In this document: one piece after another, positions 12,480 to 23,529 of the stretch
Layout: every line of letters starts with the position of its first letter
Position numbering within the stretch: position 1 is the stretch's first letter
DNA from: Raillietiella orientalis
Taxonomy: Eukaryota
Length of the DNA: 64,000 bases
Assembly: GCA_036172245.1 (NCBI GenBank)
Contig: JAYWIR010000061.1
Span: 62,001 to 126,000 of the forward strand
Direction of reading: 5' to 3'
Made by a program: the position numbers and the translations under genes
The notes under the pieces: model-generated
The model's input: only the letters and a program-made list of their open reading frames with translations
What the model was told of the DNA's origin: nothing
Database searches by the model: none

Positions 12480-13960
12480 ATTGCCTCGGTCTCCAGGAAG
12501 CTGGCGTCCACTGAAGGGAGGGGTTCTTTCCCGGTTCCGGGAGTAGTTTCCTAAAGGCGGCTGCGGACTGAACTCTCAAGGTTCCTTCTCTTTGCGCCCG
12601 TCTACGATCTAGGCATCCGAGCGAGGGGCCGAAACCCCGTGTCGGGGGAGACTGGGATCTGCCTGAGGGCACCCGATCACCAACACGGTCCATCGCTTCC
12701 GGCTGAGCCCAGAATTCCTCGCCCCTCTGGGCGTTCCGCACGCAGGGCGCGATTTGAGCTCGAGGCAGCTCGACTTTTGCCGTTGCTTTGGTGGTCTTCC
12801 AGAGGAGAGAAGAGAGGAATGCAGTAGTGCGCACCCGAATCGGGAGCCCTCCTTTTGATCTCGTCTTTCCCTGCTCCATGAAGCTGCGATCGCTCGCTCC
12901 TAAACGGAGGCGGCGGTTCGGAAGGAGACGGGCGAACGGATCCCCCGTTCGCATTGCGCGTCTCGCGGCCTTTCATCCGCGTGCTGTGCGCCCATGTTTC
13001 GTGTCCTGTGGTCCGCCCGGGAGGATCCCGGCTCTCCCTCGTTGCCCACAGTCGAGATGCACTCTTTTTCTGCGTCCGGTCAGCGGAGGTCTCGACGGTC
13101 CATGGACTGGAAGAAGGGAAGCGGCACCCTCTTGACCTGTCGCTCGGTAAGCCGTGACGAAGAGGACCTGTCCAGAGCCCCTTCTCTACCCGTTCCTAAG
13201 GAGACGCTGCGCTAGAACGCTCAAGGAGGCAACTCGATGGAACGTTTCCATCTTCGAGGACAGTCCGGCAGTGCGCGTGAGCTGAGGAGCTGGGAGTGAT
13301 CCTTGAGTGTCCGACTCCCTGCTCTGGGACTGGGTCAACGACTGCTCCTGACTAATTCGTGTTAACGGGAAAGAATGGCTAACTTTCGGTTGCTCCTACA
13401 GTTCTGTTGCAAGTTGGCGCGGAGGGCGCCCCATTTTAAGGGGCTCCCGGACTGTTTCCCTTCCCTTTCTCCTCAAGGAGGAATAGACTCCCCCTTCCCT
13501 TCCGACTCCTTCCGGGACAGGGCTGGGAAACCTCCCAGGGTGGCCCTGAGAAACGGACTTCCGGTCTCTTCGTGGGAGCGGCAGGGGGTGACACGCGCGA
13601 CCGCGTGTCCTGCACTCCTCCGCCGGCTCTCTCGGTGGCCGCTCTCGTAGTGCAGGCTGCAGCTGGCCGCTGAACACCCTGTTCCCAGAATGGGTCGAGA
13701 GTGCCAGTGCTTTGATGGGTGGATCTATCTCGGGAACAAGCGGTCTCCCAGTGGCGGGATATTCAGGGAAATCATCCCCGACACCCCCCTCCCCATTGTC
13801 AATACCCTCTGCAATCCGTTTCTGGAGCTGCTCCTTCCCGCCTTCAGTCCGGGAGACCTCTCTAGTCAAATGACCACGGAAGGACGTTAGCATCCGGAGG
13901 AACTCGGACAGCTGCCGTGGAAGACCCCTCGAGTAATGACATTGCTTTTTGGGGAGTGCA
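12480..13960 (-). mobile_element. Decayed non-LTR retrotransposon: ORF1 (gag) end plus APE endonuclease
   Basis: Read across frameshifts: VITRG..RQLSEFL (pre-C2HC-like), decayed zinc knuckles, then LK..RANLQQN..QE and VLFVTAYRA (APE-like). Confidence 0.55.
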
Positions 13961-14099
13961 TTGGAGAGGCAGCAGACGAGGGGTCTCCTTCCCCGATGGT
14001 TACCTTGCCCCTAGGATGGAGGCGTCTTTCGCATTCTGACCTTTTCGCTGCCCGCTCCTACACGGCTCCCTCCGCGGTTTGGACCGAAGTGACCGATCC

Positions 14100-15790
14100 T
14101 CAAAAGAGAACATCACCAGCAAAGGTCCGCTTTAGGCGACCTAAGGGAGGTCAGACCCTTTTCAGACAGGCGCTGAGCGGTCAGCGCCTTCGCGGGACCT
14201 CGGCCATGCCGATCTGGGGAAAAGATCCCTTTTGGAACGATGTCACCGGAAAGTCCCAATACAGCGAACGACGGAAGAGCCGGAAGAGCTGCGGCACCAT
14301 CGTCTTCAGCCTCCAGAGTCATGAAAGAAGGACGTCTCGCCACCGCGACCTCCAGGTAGCGCTCGAACAGACGCTCCCGCGACGAAGGGTCACGGGGAAA
14401 TTCCCCCAGAGGCGTGGAAAGCGGGGATCTCTCCCTCGCCTCCGGTTCATCCTGTGGGTGACCCGCTATTCACACATGGCTCCCGCGTACTGCAGGAGCC
14501 GCGTGCGGGAGAGAAGGGAAAGCAAAGCGCGTCGTCAGTGCCTCGGCGCTCTCGCGAGATGGCTCTCAGGAGGAACCCCCGGAAAGGGGCGGTGGTCTCG
14601 TCGGCCTTCCCAACGCCCGAAGTCTGCTCTTCCCCTTCCACTAACGACTCCCAAGAAGGAACCGTTACGCAGCCGGCGGCCGCACTCCACCCCCTCCTCT
14701 CCTCGCGGCCAGACCACGAAAGATGGCGGCGCCACGACCCCGCGTGCGCTGCCGTGCGACCGGCAAAAGCGGGAATGAGCGCCCACTCCCTTCCGCACGC
14801 TACCGGAAAGGTGGTGGGGTGCGCGGGAAATCGAGAGAGGAGCGGGACCTCCACTCGAAAGCGAGGGCGCTCGGGATGCCTGGAGGCATTTCGTGTCGCC
14901 CCTTCCCTCACAGGAGCACCTGGAGGCGAGCGGATGGTTCTTCGGCCCTTCCCGAGAGGGAGTCTTCCTTTACTGGAAAGAAGGGGAGCATCGGCTCATC
15001 CGAGGGAAGGCACCCATAGAGTGGCCGCGCGCTCGTCGCGGGAGTGGGTCCTAGCAAGCAGGCTCGCGAAAAACCTACGGTGCAGCGAGGGACCTACGGA
15101 AGCGGCCCTCAGGTCCGCATGTCCATCTACTTTTTCGGGGAGGAGGGAACGGGGTGCTGCTCCTGGTCTGCCCCGAGAGGGACGCCATCCTCTCCAGGTC
15201 GGTCTCCTCGCGCCCCTAGACGGAGGGCGAGTGACCAAGAGGATGCTGTCCTTAGACTCAGGAGGCTCTTCCAGAGAAGCCTTGACGGTCTCCATCCCCG
15301 TCTTTCTGGGAGAAAGTGGGGAGGGGATGTGGCCGGTCTCCCAACGGCTCCCGGGAGAGGCTACACGATTTTAAGGAGCTCCCGGACTGTTTCTCCCAAT
15401 GCTTCTCCCTTCCCTCTCCTTGAGGGGGATGGACTCTCCCGTCCCTTCCCCCCAGCGGATCTCTGCATCGTGTGGAAAGGGAAGAGAGAGAGAAATAGGA
15501 GAGTCCAAGAACTGCTGCGTCCCTCGAGCTCCTCGGACGGTGCCTCTCCCTACCACTCGCAGAACACGCCCTTCCCCTTCCGAGGAAAGCCCTTCGGCGT
15601 GTGGAGGCGGCCCCTAGAGGGCGGCGAATACTGGGATCTTTCAAGGCCGCAGGAAAGACGCGGATGCAATCCTGGAGTCGCGCCGAGGGTACTTTTTCAG
15701 AGGCATTCGACCCTTGTGGGAACCCCTTGGGTCCTCCCCCTCCATGCCATGAGCTGAAAGAAGGGGGAGGCGGAAACTCCACGTGCTTTC
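14100..15790 (-). mobile_element. Decayed non-LTR retrotransposon, second tandem copy: gag end, APE and linker
   Basis: Shares the junction TTTTAAGG.GCTCCCGGACTGTTTC with the first copy (about 15369 vs 13435). Reads LLKIV*..LEEPP, RFFASLL, PTTF..ALIPAF and RERLFERY. Confidence 0.55.
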
Positions 15791-16179
15791 TTTCCCCTCC
15801 CCCCTTTAAGTCCGTCTATGCCTGTAGGAGCGCAGGTGCGCGACCGCTGCGACGAGGCGGCGGGGAAAGCGAGGAGACGCGCGTCCCTCAGGAGGTGCTC
15901 TCGGGGGGTTCTCGGAAAAAGGGAGCTGCAAAAAGAGAGCTCCGCGAGTCAGGTTGGAGTGAAGGAAGGGAGGGGAGGAAGGGAAGAAGTGGGTTCGACG
16001 CGCCACGTCTCCAGCGGGGCTCCCGGTCCCTTCCTGCCTCGGCGGAGCCGCTCCCGGAACCCGCGCGCGCGTCTCGGCTCTCCGTGGCAACGAACCTTTC
16101 CCCCTCCTTCCTTCTTTCTTCTTCTTCCTCTTCTTCTGCTCCTCCCCCTCCTCCTCCTCTCCCCGCGCTTGCCTTCCCG

Positions 16180-16430
16180 CGTTGTTTACCGGCGCGTCCG
16201 CCGAGCGAACGGCACCTCTCGCGCCCCCGCTGCTGCCGCCTCCTGATTGGTCCGCTCTGAGGGGACGTGGCGGCGCGGCGGCGGCCTCCGCGATTGGTCC
16301 GGGCGGGGGGGAAGCAGCAGAGATGCTCCTCGGGGGAACGGGGGCGGGTACCGGGCGGGACGGGAGTCCCGGGCGCGAGGAGAACGGAGGAGGGATATGG
16401 GGCGTCCCTCCTCGCGGGGCCGCCAGTTCC
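16180..16430 (+). promoter_or_regulatory. GC/CpG-rich promoter with two inverted CCAAT boxes and GC boxes
   Basis: GATTGGTCCG occurs twice (ATTGG at 16246-16250 and 16293-16297). GGGCGGGG at 16301, and an Inr-like CCAGTT near 16423. All lie immediately upstream of exon 1. Confidence 0.6.
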
Positions 16431-16585
16431 ACGCCGCGAGCGGGAGGGAAAAGACGATCCGCGTGCTGCCGCCGCCGCCGCGGACTGACGACGTCCCGGC
16501 CGGGTGCGACTTCGACTCGAGAGAGAGGCGCCACCAGCAACGCCAGAGCCAGCGGAAGGAGAGGGCGGCAACAGCACCTTCGCCG
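16424..16585 (+). other. Putative non-coding exon 1 (5' UTR) of SoxD
   Basis: No ATG in this stretch. Ends at a consensus donor CCG|gtgagt (16586), followed by a 212-nt intron to the ATG exon. The start position is a guess. Confidence 0.55.
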
Positions 16586-16797
16586 GTGAGTCGCGCTCGC
16601 GCGCAGACTCCACTCCGGCGGCGGTGGCCACCAAGCCCGGAAGGGGAGGGCGAGGGAGGAAGGGAGAGATGAGAGACGGGAGGGGTTCTGTCCTCCCTCC
16701 CCTTTACCACCCCGTCGCCCCTGAGCCCCTCCCGCCCCCTTTGCCCCCATGGAAACACGCCTCGGGACAGCCTGGTAACTCCTGTCTTCCCGCACAG

Positions 16798-16997
16798 ATG
16801 ATGCCCGCCAAAAGGAAGATCTTCCAGGGCAGGCGCATTGGCCTTCCTCCAGAGGGCCTCTGCTTCTGGAGCGGCGGGCAAGAAAGCGAGGAGGATGATG
16901 AGGACGAGGAAGAGGAGGAAGAGGACAGCAGTGGGGATGCGTCCGACGAGGCCGCCGCAGGGGTCGCTGCCCTCGGCGCGAGCAGTCCCTGGGGCAG
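16798..16997 (+). CDS. SoxD: Probable first coding exon of SoxD
   Basis: Acceptor cttcccgcacag is followed directly by ATG ATG. Reads MMPAKRKIFQG... with an acidic tract EEDDEDEEEEEED. Donor CAG|gtgag at 16998. 200 nt, phase 2, matching the next exon. The link to the HMG exons is inferred. Confidence 0.7.
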
Positions 16998-17740
16998 GTG
17001 AGAGCACCGCAGGGCACGCGCGGGGTGGGGAGGCTGGGAAGAGGCTGAGTGGAAGACTTCGAGTGACAGTCTTCGAGTGAAAAAACGACTCCCCTCCCTT
17101 TCCGGAAATCTTACGAAATGCGCAGCGGCGAAGCGGGATAGGTGAGGTCGCGAAACCGACTAACCCCAGAGCTCCCTCCCCTCCGTCGGGACGACCTCTA
17201 GGAGCGTACCGTTTCTGGGCCTGTTTCCACGCTCCGCGCGGTGTCCGCAAGCCGCGGAATCACCTTCCTCCCAGGTCCCTACTCCACTCTTGAAGGAGGG
17301 GTCCACCTTCCGAACCTCCGCGAAAGCTCTCCCCCACCTCCCAGGGAAGCGCCTAAGGCAAGAGCAGCCTGGGAAAGCAGCACTGAGCACAGGAAAGGGG
17401 AAGACAACCGCGGCGGAGGGAACATCTCCAAGAGGGGATACCGGCGTTAGAGCGTCGGATAGCCAGGAACGGCCAGCCGTGCTTTCTTTGCTTGCCTTCC
17501 CTTCCCTCCTGTAGGACGGGGGAGGGAGGGGGAGGAAAAGAGGAGGAGGAAGACGAGAGGGAAGGAGTTATCCCAGTCTTCCGCCCTTCAGTTCGTCTGG
17601 CACCGCGCGTCCGGTCAGGCGCGCGCGCGCGCGTAGGACGAGAGAAAGGGCAAAACAGCATGAGCGCACGAGACCCCCTCGTAGACCCTGGGGGCTTCCT
17701 TCCTCTTCCAGCTGCTCACTCCACCTCTCTACCTTCTCAG

Positions 17741-17939
17741 GGTGCACACCTTCTACCCTGTGGAAGCACCTCTCGGTCAGCTGCCCCACCTGCCGCCCAT
17801 GTCGTCCGACCAGTTCAATTACTTCCTGCTTAACTATCTGGCTTCTTCCATGATCGCCAGGCAGGACAAAGAGAAGGTCTCCCAGTTCCTGGGAGACCTG
17901 CAGAAGATGGTGGGCGAGATGTACCTGCGTCACCTTGCG
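17741..17939 (+). CDS. SoxD: Probable second coding exon of SoxD (helical/coiled-coil-like segment)
   Basis: Acceptor accttctcag and donor GCG|gtaagc. Open in the frame set by the previous exon: VHTFYPVEAPLGQLPHLPPMSSDQFNYFLLNYLASSMIARQDKEKVSQFLGDLQKMVGEMYLRHLA. GC3-rich codons. Ends in phase 0. Confidence 0.7.
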
Positions 17940-17989
17940 GTAAGCCAATCTCCATGATTCGGGGAGGGGAACGAACGAAAAAGGGGAAA

Positions 17990-18540
17990 AGGCACTTCCC
18001 GTCGCGTCTGGGTCCCTTTGTGCCCGATTCGCTCTATTCCCGCGTCTCTTCGTCGCCACCTGGGACCCAGAACAGTTCCGTGGGAGAGTTCCTCGGACGA
18101 TGGGCGGGTGCTGCCACCTCCGAGTCGTCCTCTCTCCGGTGCTTTCGGGGTAGCTGACCGAACGGGACCGTCGTTCTCTGAGAGCCCTTCCCTCAGCGTA
18201 CCTCCGGGATTTCGTTCCGCCTTTCTCCTCCACTAGAACGGAAAGAGTTTTTTTCCTATGCTTCCGGGAATATCGGTCGGCGGAGGGAGGTTTTGGAGAA
18301 AGAGACCTCCAGACTGTAAGCGCGAGGAAGCCCTCATCAGCGGTGATTGCACCACGGAGGGATGGGCGGATTTCCTCGTCTCGGAGGTTTGCGCCGACTC
18401 GAGAAAACGCTTCCGTGAGACCCTTGGTGCTCCAAGGTGGCAGGGAAGATCTTCCCGGGAAGATCACAGAAGAACAGCGAATGCCGTTCACGGGACGGGA
18501 CTGTACTTGGGTCCTCAAGGGGATGAATTTGTCGCTCAGC
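17990..18540 (-). mobile_element. Decayed LINE reverse-transcriptase fragment
   Basis: The minus ORF has NGIRCSSVIFP (QG..SP-like), ITADEGFLAL (YADD-like), KKTLSVLV and SYPES (YLG-like) in RT order and spacing. Confidence 0.4.
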
Positions 18541-19989
18541 TGAAGTCTTCCCGCTGAAACGCCCTCGTGATGCCCTTTCTGTTCGTCTGCTCAGCTGGAC
18601 AGCTGCGGTAACTGTGCGGAGAGAACAGCGCTGAGAGGCTTACGAGTGCCCTTTCTCCGAGACTCACTGCGTTTCCCGTATTTCAAGTCTTCTGACGAGC
18701 ACAGCCTCCCTCTGCGTTTGGAAGAAGCCCCAAAAGATCGAGAAACAGGGAAAAAATACCTTCAGGACTCACTCAGTCCGATGGATGTTTGACCTCTTCC
18801 ATGTAAAAGGAGATACGAAAAAACGATGCGTTGAGCACTTGGGCCAAGATCCGATCTGAAGGGTGCGAGGAGCGATTCAACCCGAAAAGAGCATTCCTGG
18901 AGAAGCTGATTTCTGTGCGCGAGTACCTCTAGAGGAAGGTTGAACTCCTCCCGACTTCTCCCACTGATCCGCCAATAAATCGTCTTGACCCCTTTCGCCT
19001 CGCGAAATCTGGTCAAGGTAGGATCGTAGTCCCTCAGGGATTAACAGTAATCGTTAACAATCATGCTGACGATCTCGGCAACAATGATCGCCCATCGCGG
19101 CAACAATGATCGCCCCATGGAAGCAGCGATCCAGGGGTCAAAAATCAAAACCTACGAACAACCGCCCGCTGTGAGGATTCTCGAAAGGAAAAAGACTGCG
19201 AAGGACAGTGCCCGCTGGTTGGTGCGTTCGCTCGCATGAACCACAACCGGTGAGCGCCCCGTGGGCCAACATGCGATGTACACGGCACGCGTCGCCTACG
19301 AGCACAGGCGTACGGAAGTTATTGGGCACAAGTGCGACGTCCAGCTCGAGTGCATGCTCTTTCCAGCCGAGCAATCCTGTACTGCTGAATGAGAACACGC
19401 AATGCTGTACGCAGGCTCTCCCGAAGGGGAGCGCAAGGGATGGATTTCTTTGCGAATGTCTTAGAATGGACCTTCTTTGGTGGCCCTTGCTTGCTGGAGG
19501 GGAGAAACCGCCTCTCCTACTCCTTCCAGGAGAAAAAACACCCAAGGGCGCGAGTGTCACGAAGAGGCATCGTTTCCTTTTTTCCTTCCTCCTCCTGCTT
19601 CTTTTCCGTGAAGCGCGGTCGCTGGAGTAAGCAAGGACCTCGCAAGTCCCTTGCTTCCCGTTCCATTCCCTCAAAGAAAAGCATCACCCCAATCCTTCCG
19701 TCCCACTCCGACCGTTACGTGTTCTCTGAGCTCCTCAACCAACCATCGTCTTCCTTGCCCTCCAAGACACCTGCTGCAGAGGCCAGGGTTCTTTCCCACG
19801 TGGGGGTCCCGCTAGCGCCCCTGCGGCGAATGACGTTTCTCGGGAACGTAGGAAACCCGAAACCGTTTCCTTTGTGCTCGGTTCCGTTCTTCCAGAGAGA
19901 CGGGACAAAAACCAGATAAGGCTAATGATAGAAGTCAGATAACATCTGCTCGCGTCCGCTTTCCAGGTCGCCATGGCATCATCGACTCG

Positions 19990-22900
19990 GGAGCCGTAAA
20001 AGTGAAACCGAACGCCCTCGGAGGCGATCTTTTCCCATCATCTCCCTTAGGGTGCGCGACAAAAAGTGGGTGATAGCTGTTCGAGGCGAGACAATCGATC
20101 CCATTATTCCTCCGGGAGTAGCGACACACATGCAGGACACATGTGCGAGGAGGGAAAACAATGGTTCTCGACGCGGAATCCTCGGGATGAGGATTGTTCC
20201 ATGCGCTTGGAGAGACGGGCGTTTCTCCCCGGAGACAGTGCGCTTATCGTCGAGGCTATCTCTGCAAAGGAGCCGTGGGATCACTCGCGCCTACTGGGAT
20301 CCTTTCTTCCTTCCCCCTTGGTTGTGATCAGAAAAGGGACAGGATGCGTCTCTCGTCTGGAAGGGGAGAGTGGCGCTGCTTGGAATCCTTGAGGAGGAGC
20401 AGAAAGAGAAAGCAGGGAGCTGCGAGGGAAACTGCTCCGAGGCGGGCGAAAGAAGGAAGTAGGTCGGCAGGAAGGAAGGAACGATTCGGTGGGAAGGACG
20501 CTGCTGCCAAAACGACCACTGCATGAGGAGGACGCGCCATCACGGGCGCGCGCTTTATTCCCGGGATCGTCCTGGAACCGAACGAAAGAAGGCGGGAAGG
20601 AGGATGCAAAAGCTCCCAAACTCCCTATTGGAGGTGGGAAGAGGGGAAGGGAGAGAAGAGGAGTTCCCTCTTAACGATGGGAGAGGTGTCTACGCCTGGG
20701 GTTCCTTTCTCTGATTCCCCGGTCTTCTGAGAGGGTACTGCTCGAAGAATCCCGAACGCAGTTGGCAGGAAAGAAGAGGAAATGGAGCCCCACCTACGAA
20801 CTGCTCCTTGTTTCCTCCACTGGTCCTTTCCGATAGGGAATCCACGGAGTGTCCACTCCAGAAAAGTGGAAGCCCACGTCCCCGGAACGTAAGCAGCTGC
20901 GGCTAGCAAAGGTCGGCCGGGGAAACGAGGGAGCCCTCTGGAGTTCCTTCACGTTTGTTGCGTCTCATTTCCTTTTCCTCGAGAGCTTGCCGTAGGGCCA
21001 ACTCCTCGTAAGTCAGGCGGAGGAGCAGGGACGGCAACCACTGAAGGAGGGGGGCGAACGGATGGGTCAGCGGAGACTTCCAAGCGCCGGCGGTTCCGGG
21101 CTTTCATGGGGGAGAGGGAGGCAAGGGGGTGAACGACCCTTAAAATCCCGCGCCGATGCCTCCGAGCACGCAAACAATGCCTCTGGGTTCGCACCGCAAG
21201 AGTCCCGAGGGAGAGCTCCTCTCTCTCTCCCGGTTTCTCACCGGTATCGGCTTACCCGATTCCCGGGCAGGAAACAATGCGTCAGGGGCGTTCCGGGATC
21301 GGCGACTCTCTTTGCTGCAAGTGCTCATCTGATCCCGCTCAGCCTCTCCCCCTCCCCTTTCCTCCCACCGTCTCCTGGAGGCAGAGCGCGCTCTCCTGCC
21401 TCTTCCTCCTCCACCTTCGGCTGCTGCCTTTTATTCGTCTTTACCGATCCAAGTCTGCCGAACGTGCGTAAGTTCAAGATGGCCGCATTGATGGGCGGAA
21501 GAGGGCGAGGCCCGGAGGACCTTCCTCGCTTCCGTTGCCCTACGAGGGGAAGAACACCCTCCGCTGGAGCTGGATGAGGCGGGGGAGAAGAGAGAGTCGA
21601 ACCCTCTCTTGACCTGACCTTACCGAGCCAGCGCACTCCCATGCCTGTGGGAGAGAGATCCTGCCGCATGCATCCCGCCTTCCTGCTCCCAAGGATGCGC
21701 ACCCATCTGTGTTGGAAGTGGTTCCTCCCGATCGAGGGGTCTGGGAGGACCCTTGCGAACCACGATCGAAGGAACCGGAGGCCGACTGCTGATGACTGGC
21801 CAGGGGGTTTGGGTTTCTTTGACCGCAGACAGTCGAGAACGGAATTAATTCCGAAGGAAAGAAACTTTTCTTTCTCTTCCTTTTTCTTTCAAATTTGAAA
21901 AAACAAAAAAAAACCAAGAAGAAAAAACCCTCCCTTTCCCTCCTGTCTCGCCTCCTCCTAAACTTCTTTCACGATTCTTCGGATTGTCGGAGCCGGCGTG
22001 TGCTCCTTCTCCCGCAGCTCCACCTCCTGAGATGCTTCTTCCGGGATTCGCGAAAATTCCGGGGATTCCGAAAGGCGGGAACTCCTTTACGCAGTCCCTC
22101 AAACCGATGGCCCGCAGGGTTGCCACCCCTGGACGGAGCAAAGAAGTCAGCCCGGCGCCTTCCGCCGGGCTGCCTCCTCCCGATTTTCCCGAGCGACCTA
22201 TTTCCCTTCCGTGAGGCCCCCCCTCCGAGAAGCAGCAGAATGGGACTCAGGAAACGGTCTCTCGGCCACCAATGCGACTTGGGGGCGGTCCCAAGGAGGG
22301 GACTGATCCCGCCGTCGCCATCTTGGTATTACAGAAGCGGCCCCCTCGACTATCACGAGTCCCTGCGGCCTCTCCTTTCACGCTGAGAGGCTCCCTCCGC
22401 GTGATCCCAAGTCCGCTAGTTCTTTTTCCAACCCCCCTCTCCTCCGTTCCCGTTTCTGCTTTCCCTTCGAAAGTGCGACCCATTTCCTCACCCCTCTTGG
22501 GTTCCTGGAGGATACCGCGAAGCTGCGAGGAACGCATCGCTTTTCCCGCTGGTTCCTGGGCATCCAGAAAGAGGGTGTAGCGGCAACAATGGAGTTTCTC
22601 AGTCCCTAGTAAACGGGAAAAAGTTCTGTCGGCTGCCAAGGCTACCGGGACGGAAAGGTTCCACTCCGCGAGGTCCAAGAGCAGCCAAGGAACGAGATGG
22701 GCTCACATGGTTTCTCAGGGATGAAAAGAGGGATAGGGAATCGCCGAAAGCTCAAGTCGGTAATCCATAAATCAGTCGGCAACCGAAGAAGATGGATCTA
22801 GGATCCCAAGCGCTCTCCTCTTCATCCTGCACCTCCTTTTCCGTCCCCGTTCACTTGATCTCCTTTCCGCGGGAGCCTGCACGGATACGACACACAACCG

Positions 22901-23520
22901 AGATTCCCATTCTGGCTTCTTACCATCAGGCTGCTCCTTCCCTTGGCTCACCGGTCGGTTCGATAGAGCGAGATTCTCGCGTTCATTTCTTTCCTTCCTC
23001 CTCGATCCTTGCAGTGAAAGCGCCCAGCGTAATCATGGAGGAGCGGGATGGAACCTCCAAGTTGGGAAGTGTGGCTAGGGTGATTCGCTGGCCTCAAGAG
23101 AGGCGGTCGTCAGAGCTCGGTTCCAGCTGCCCACGGGATCCACGCTGCCCTTTGTTCTGTCCGCTCCTACGAGCATTCCGACGATCGCCGAAGTCCTCGG
23201 TGCCGTGTGGCCGTCCGCAGCAGTGAGCGTTCCCAGAAACGGAGCGACCGCTTCTCGGCCTTCCGTCTATGATCAGAGCGTAGGAGCAGGGAATGCTTCA
23301 GAGACTGCCTTGTGGATGCCACCACCAGTCATTCATCCCGGATTTACACTTGCCTCTTGTCCCTGATGAACTGAGAACCATGCCCTCTTCTCAACTCTCC
23401 CGGAGAGACCACCTCCGCTGGTCTCTCCGGGAGGTCTCTCATTCGATTCTTCCCCCCCCCTTTGCTGCTGGAAGCTCATCTTCCCTCTAGCTGCAGTATT
23501 TTCCCCTCCGTCTTCCCTGT
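19990..23520 (+). mobile_element. Decayed near-complete LINE (ORF1, APE, RT)
   Basis: ORF1-like RDGRFSPETVRLS plus a decayed knuckle (20.1-20.45 kb). APE-like TLKI.., IPGQETMRQGRSG, FIRLYRS and SLDLTL (21.13-21.63 kb). RT motif ERPISL at about 22190-22208, and GVSQS at about 22590. Confidence 0.6.
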
Positions 23521-23529
23521 TCCCAGATC

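Noticed and set aside
15806..17250. Long minus-strand ORFs (403 and 354 aa)
   Set aside because: Low-complexity Arg/Pro/Gly translations of a GC-rich promoter region where stops are rare.
21381..21467. Pro-rich candidate SoxD exon with a gtaagt donor
   Set aside because: It lies inside a LINE APE relic (FIRLYRS in another frame) and has a weak GAG acceptor.
22018..22210. Candidate SoxD exon
   Set aside because: The frame ends in RPISL, an RT motif, so it is part of the decayed LINE.
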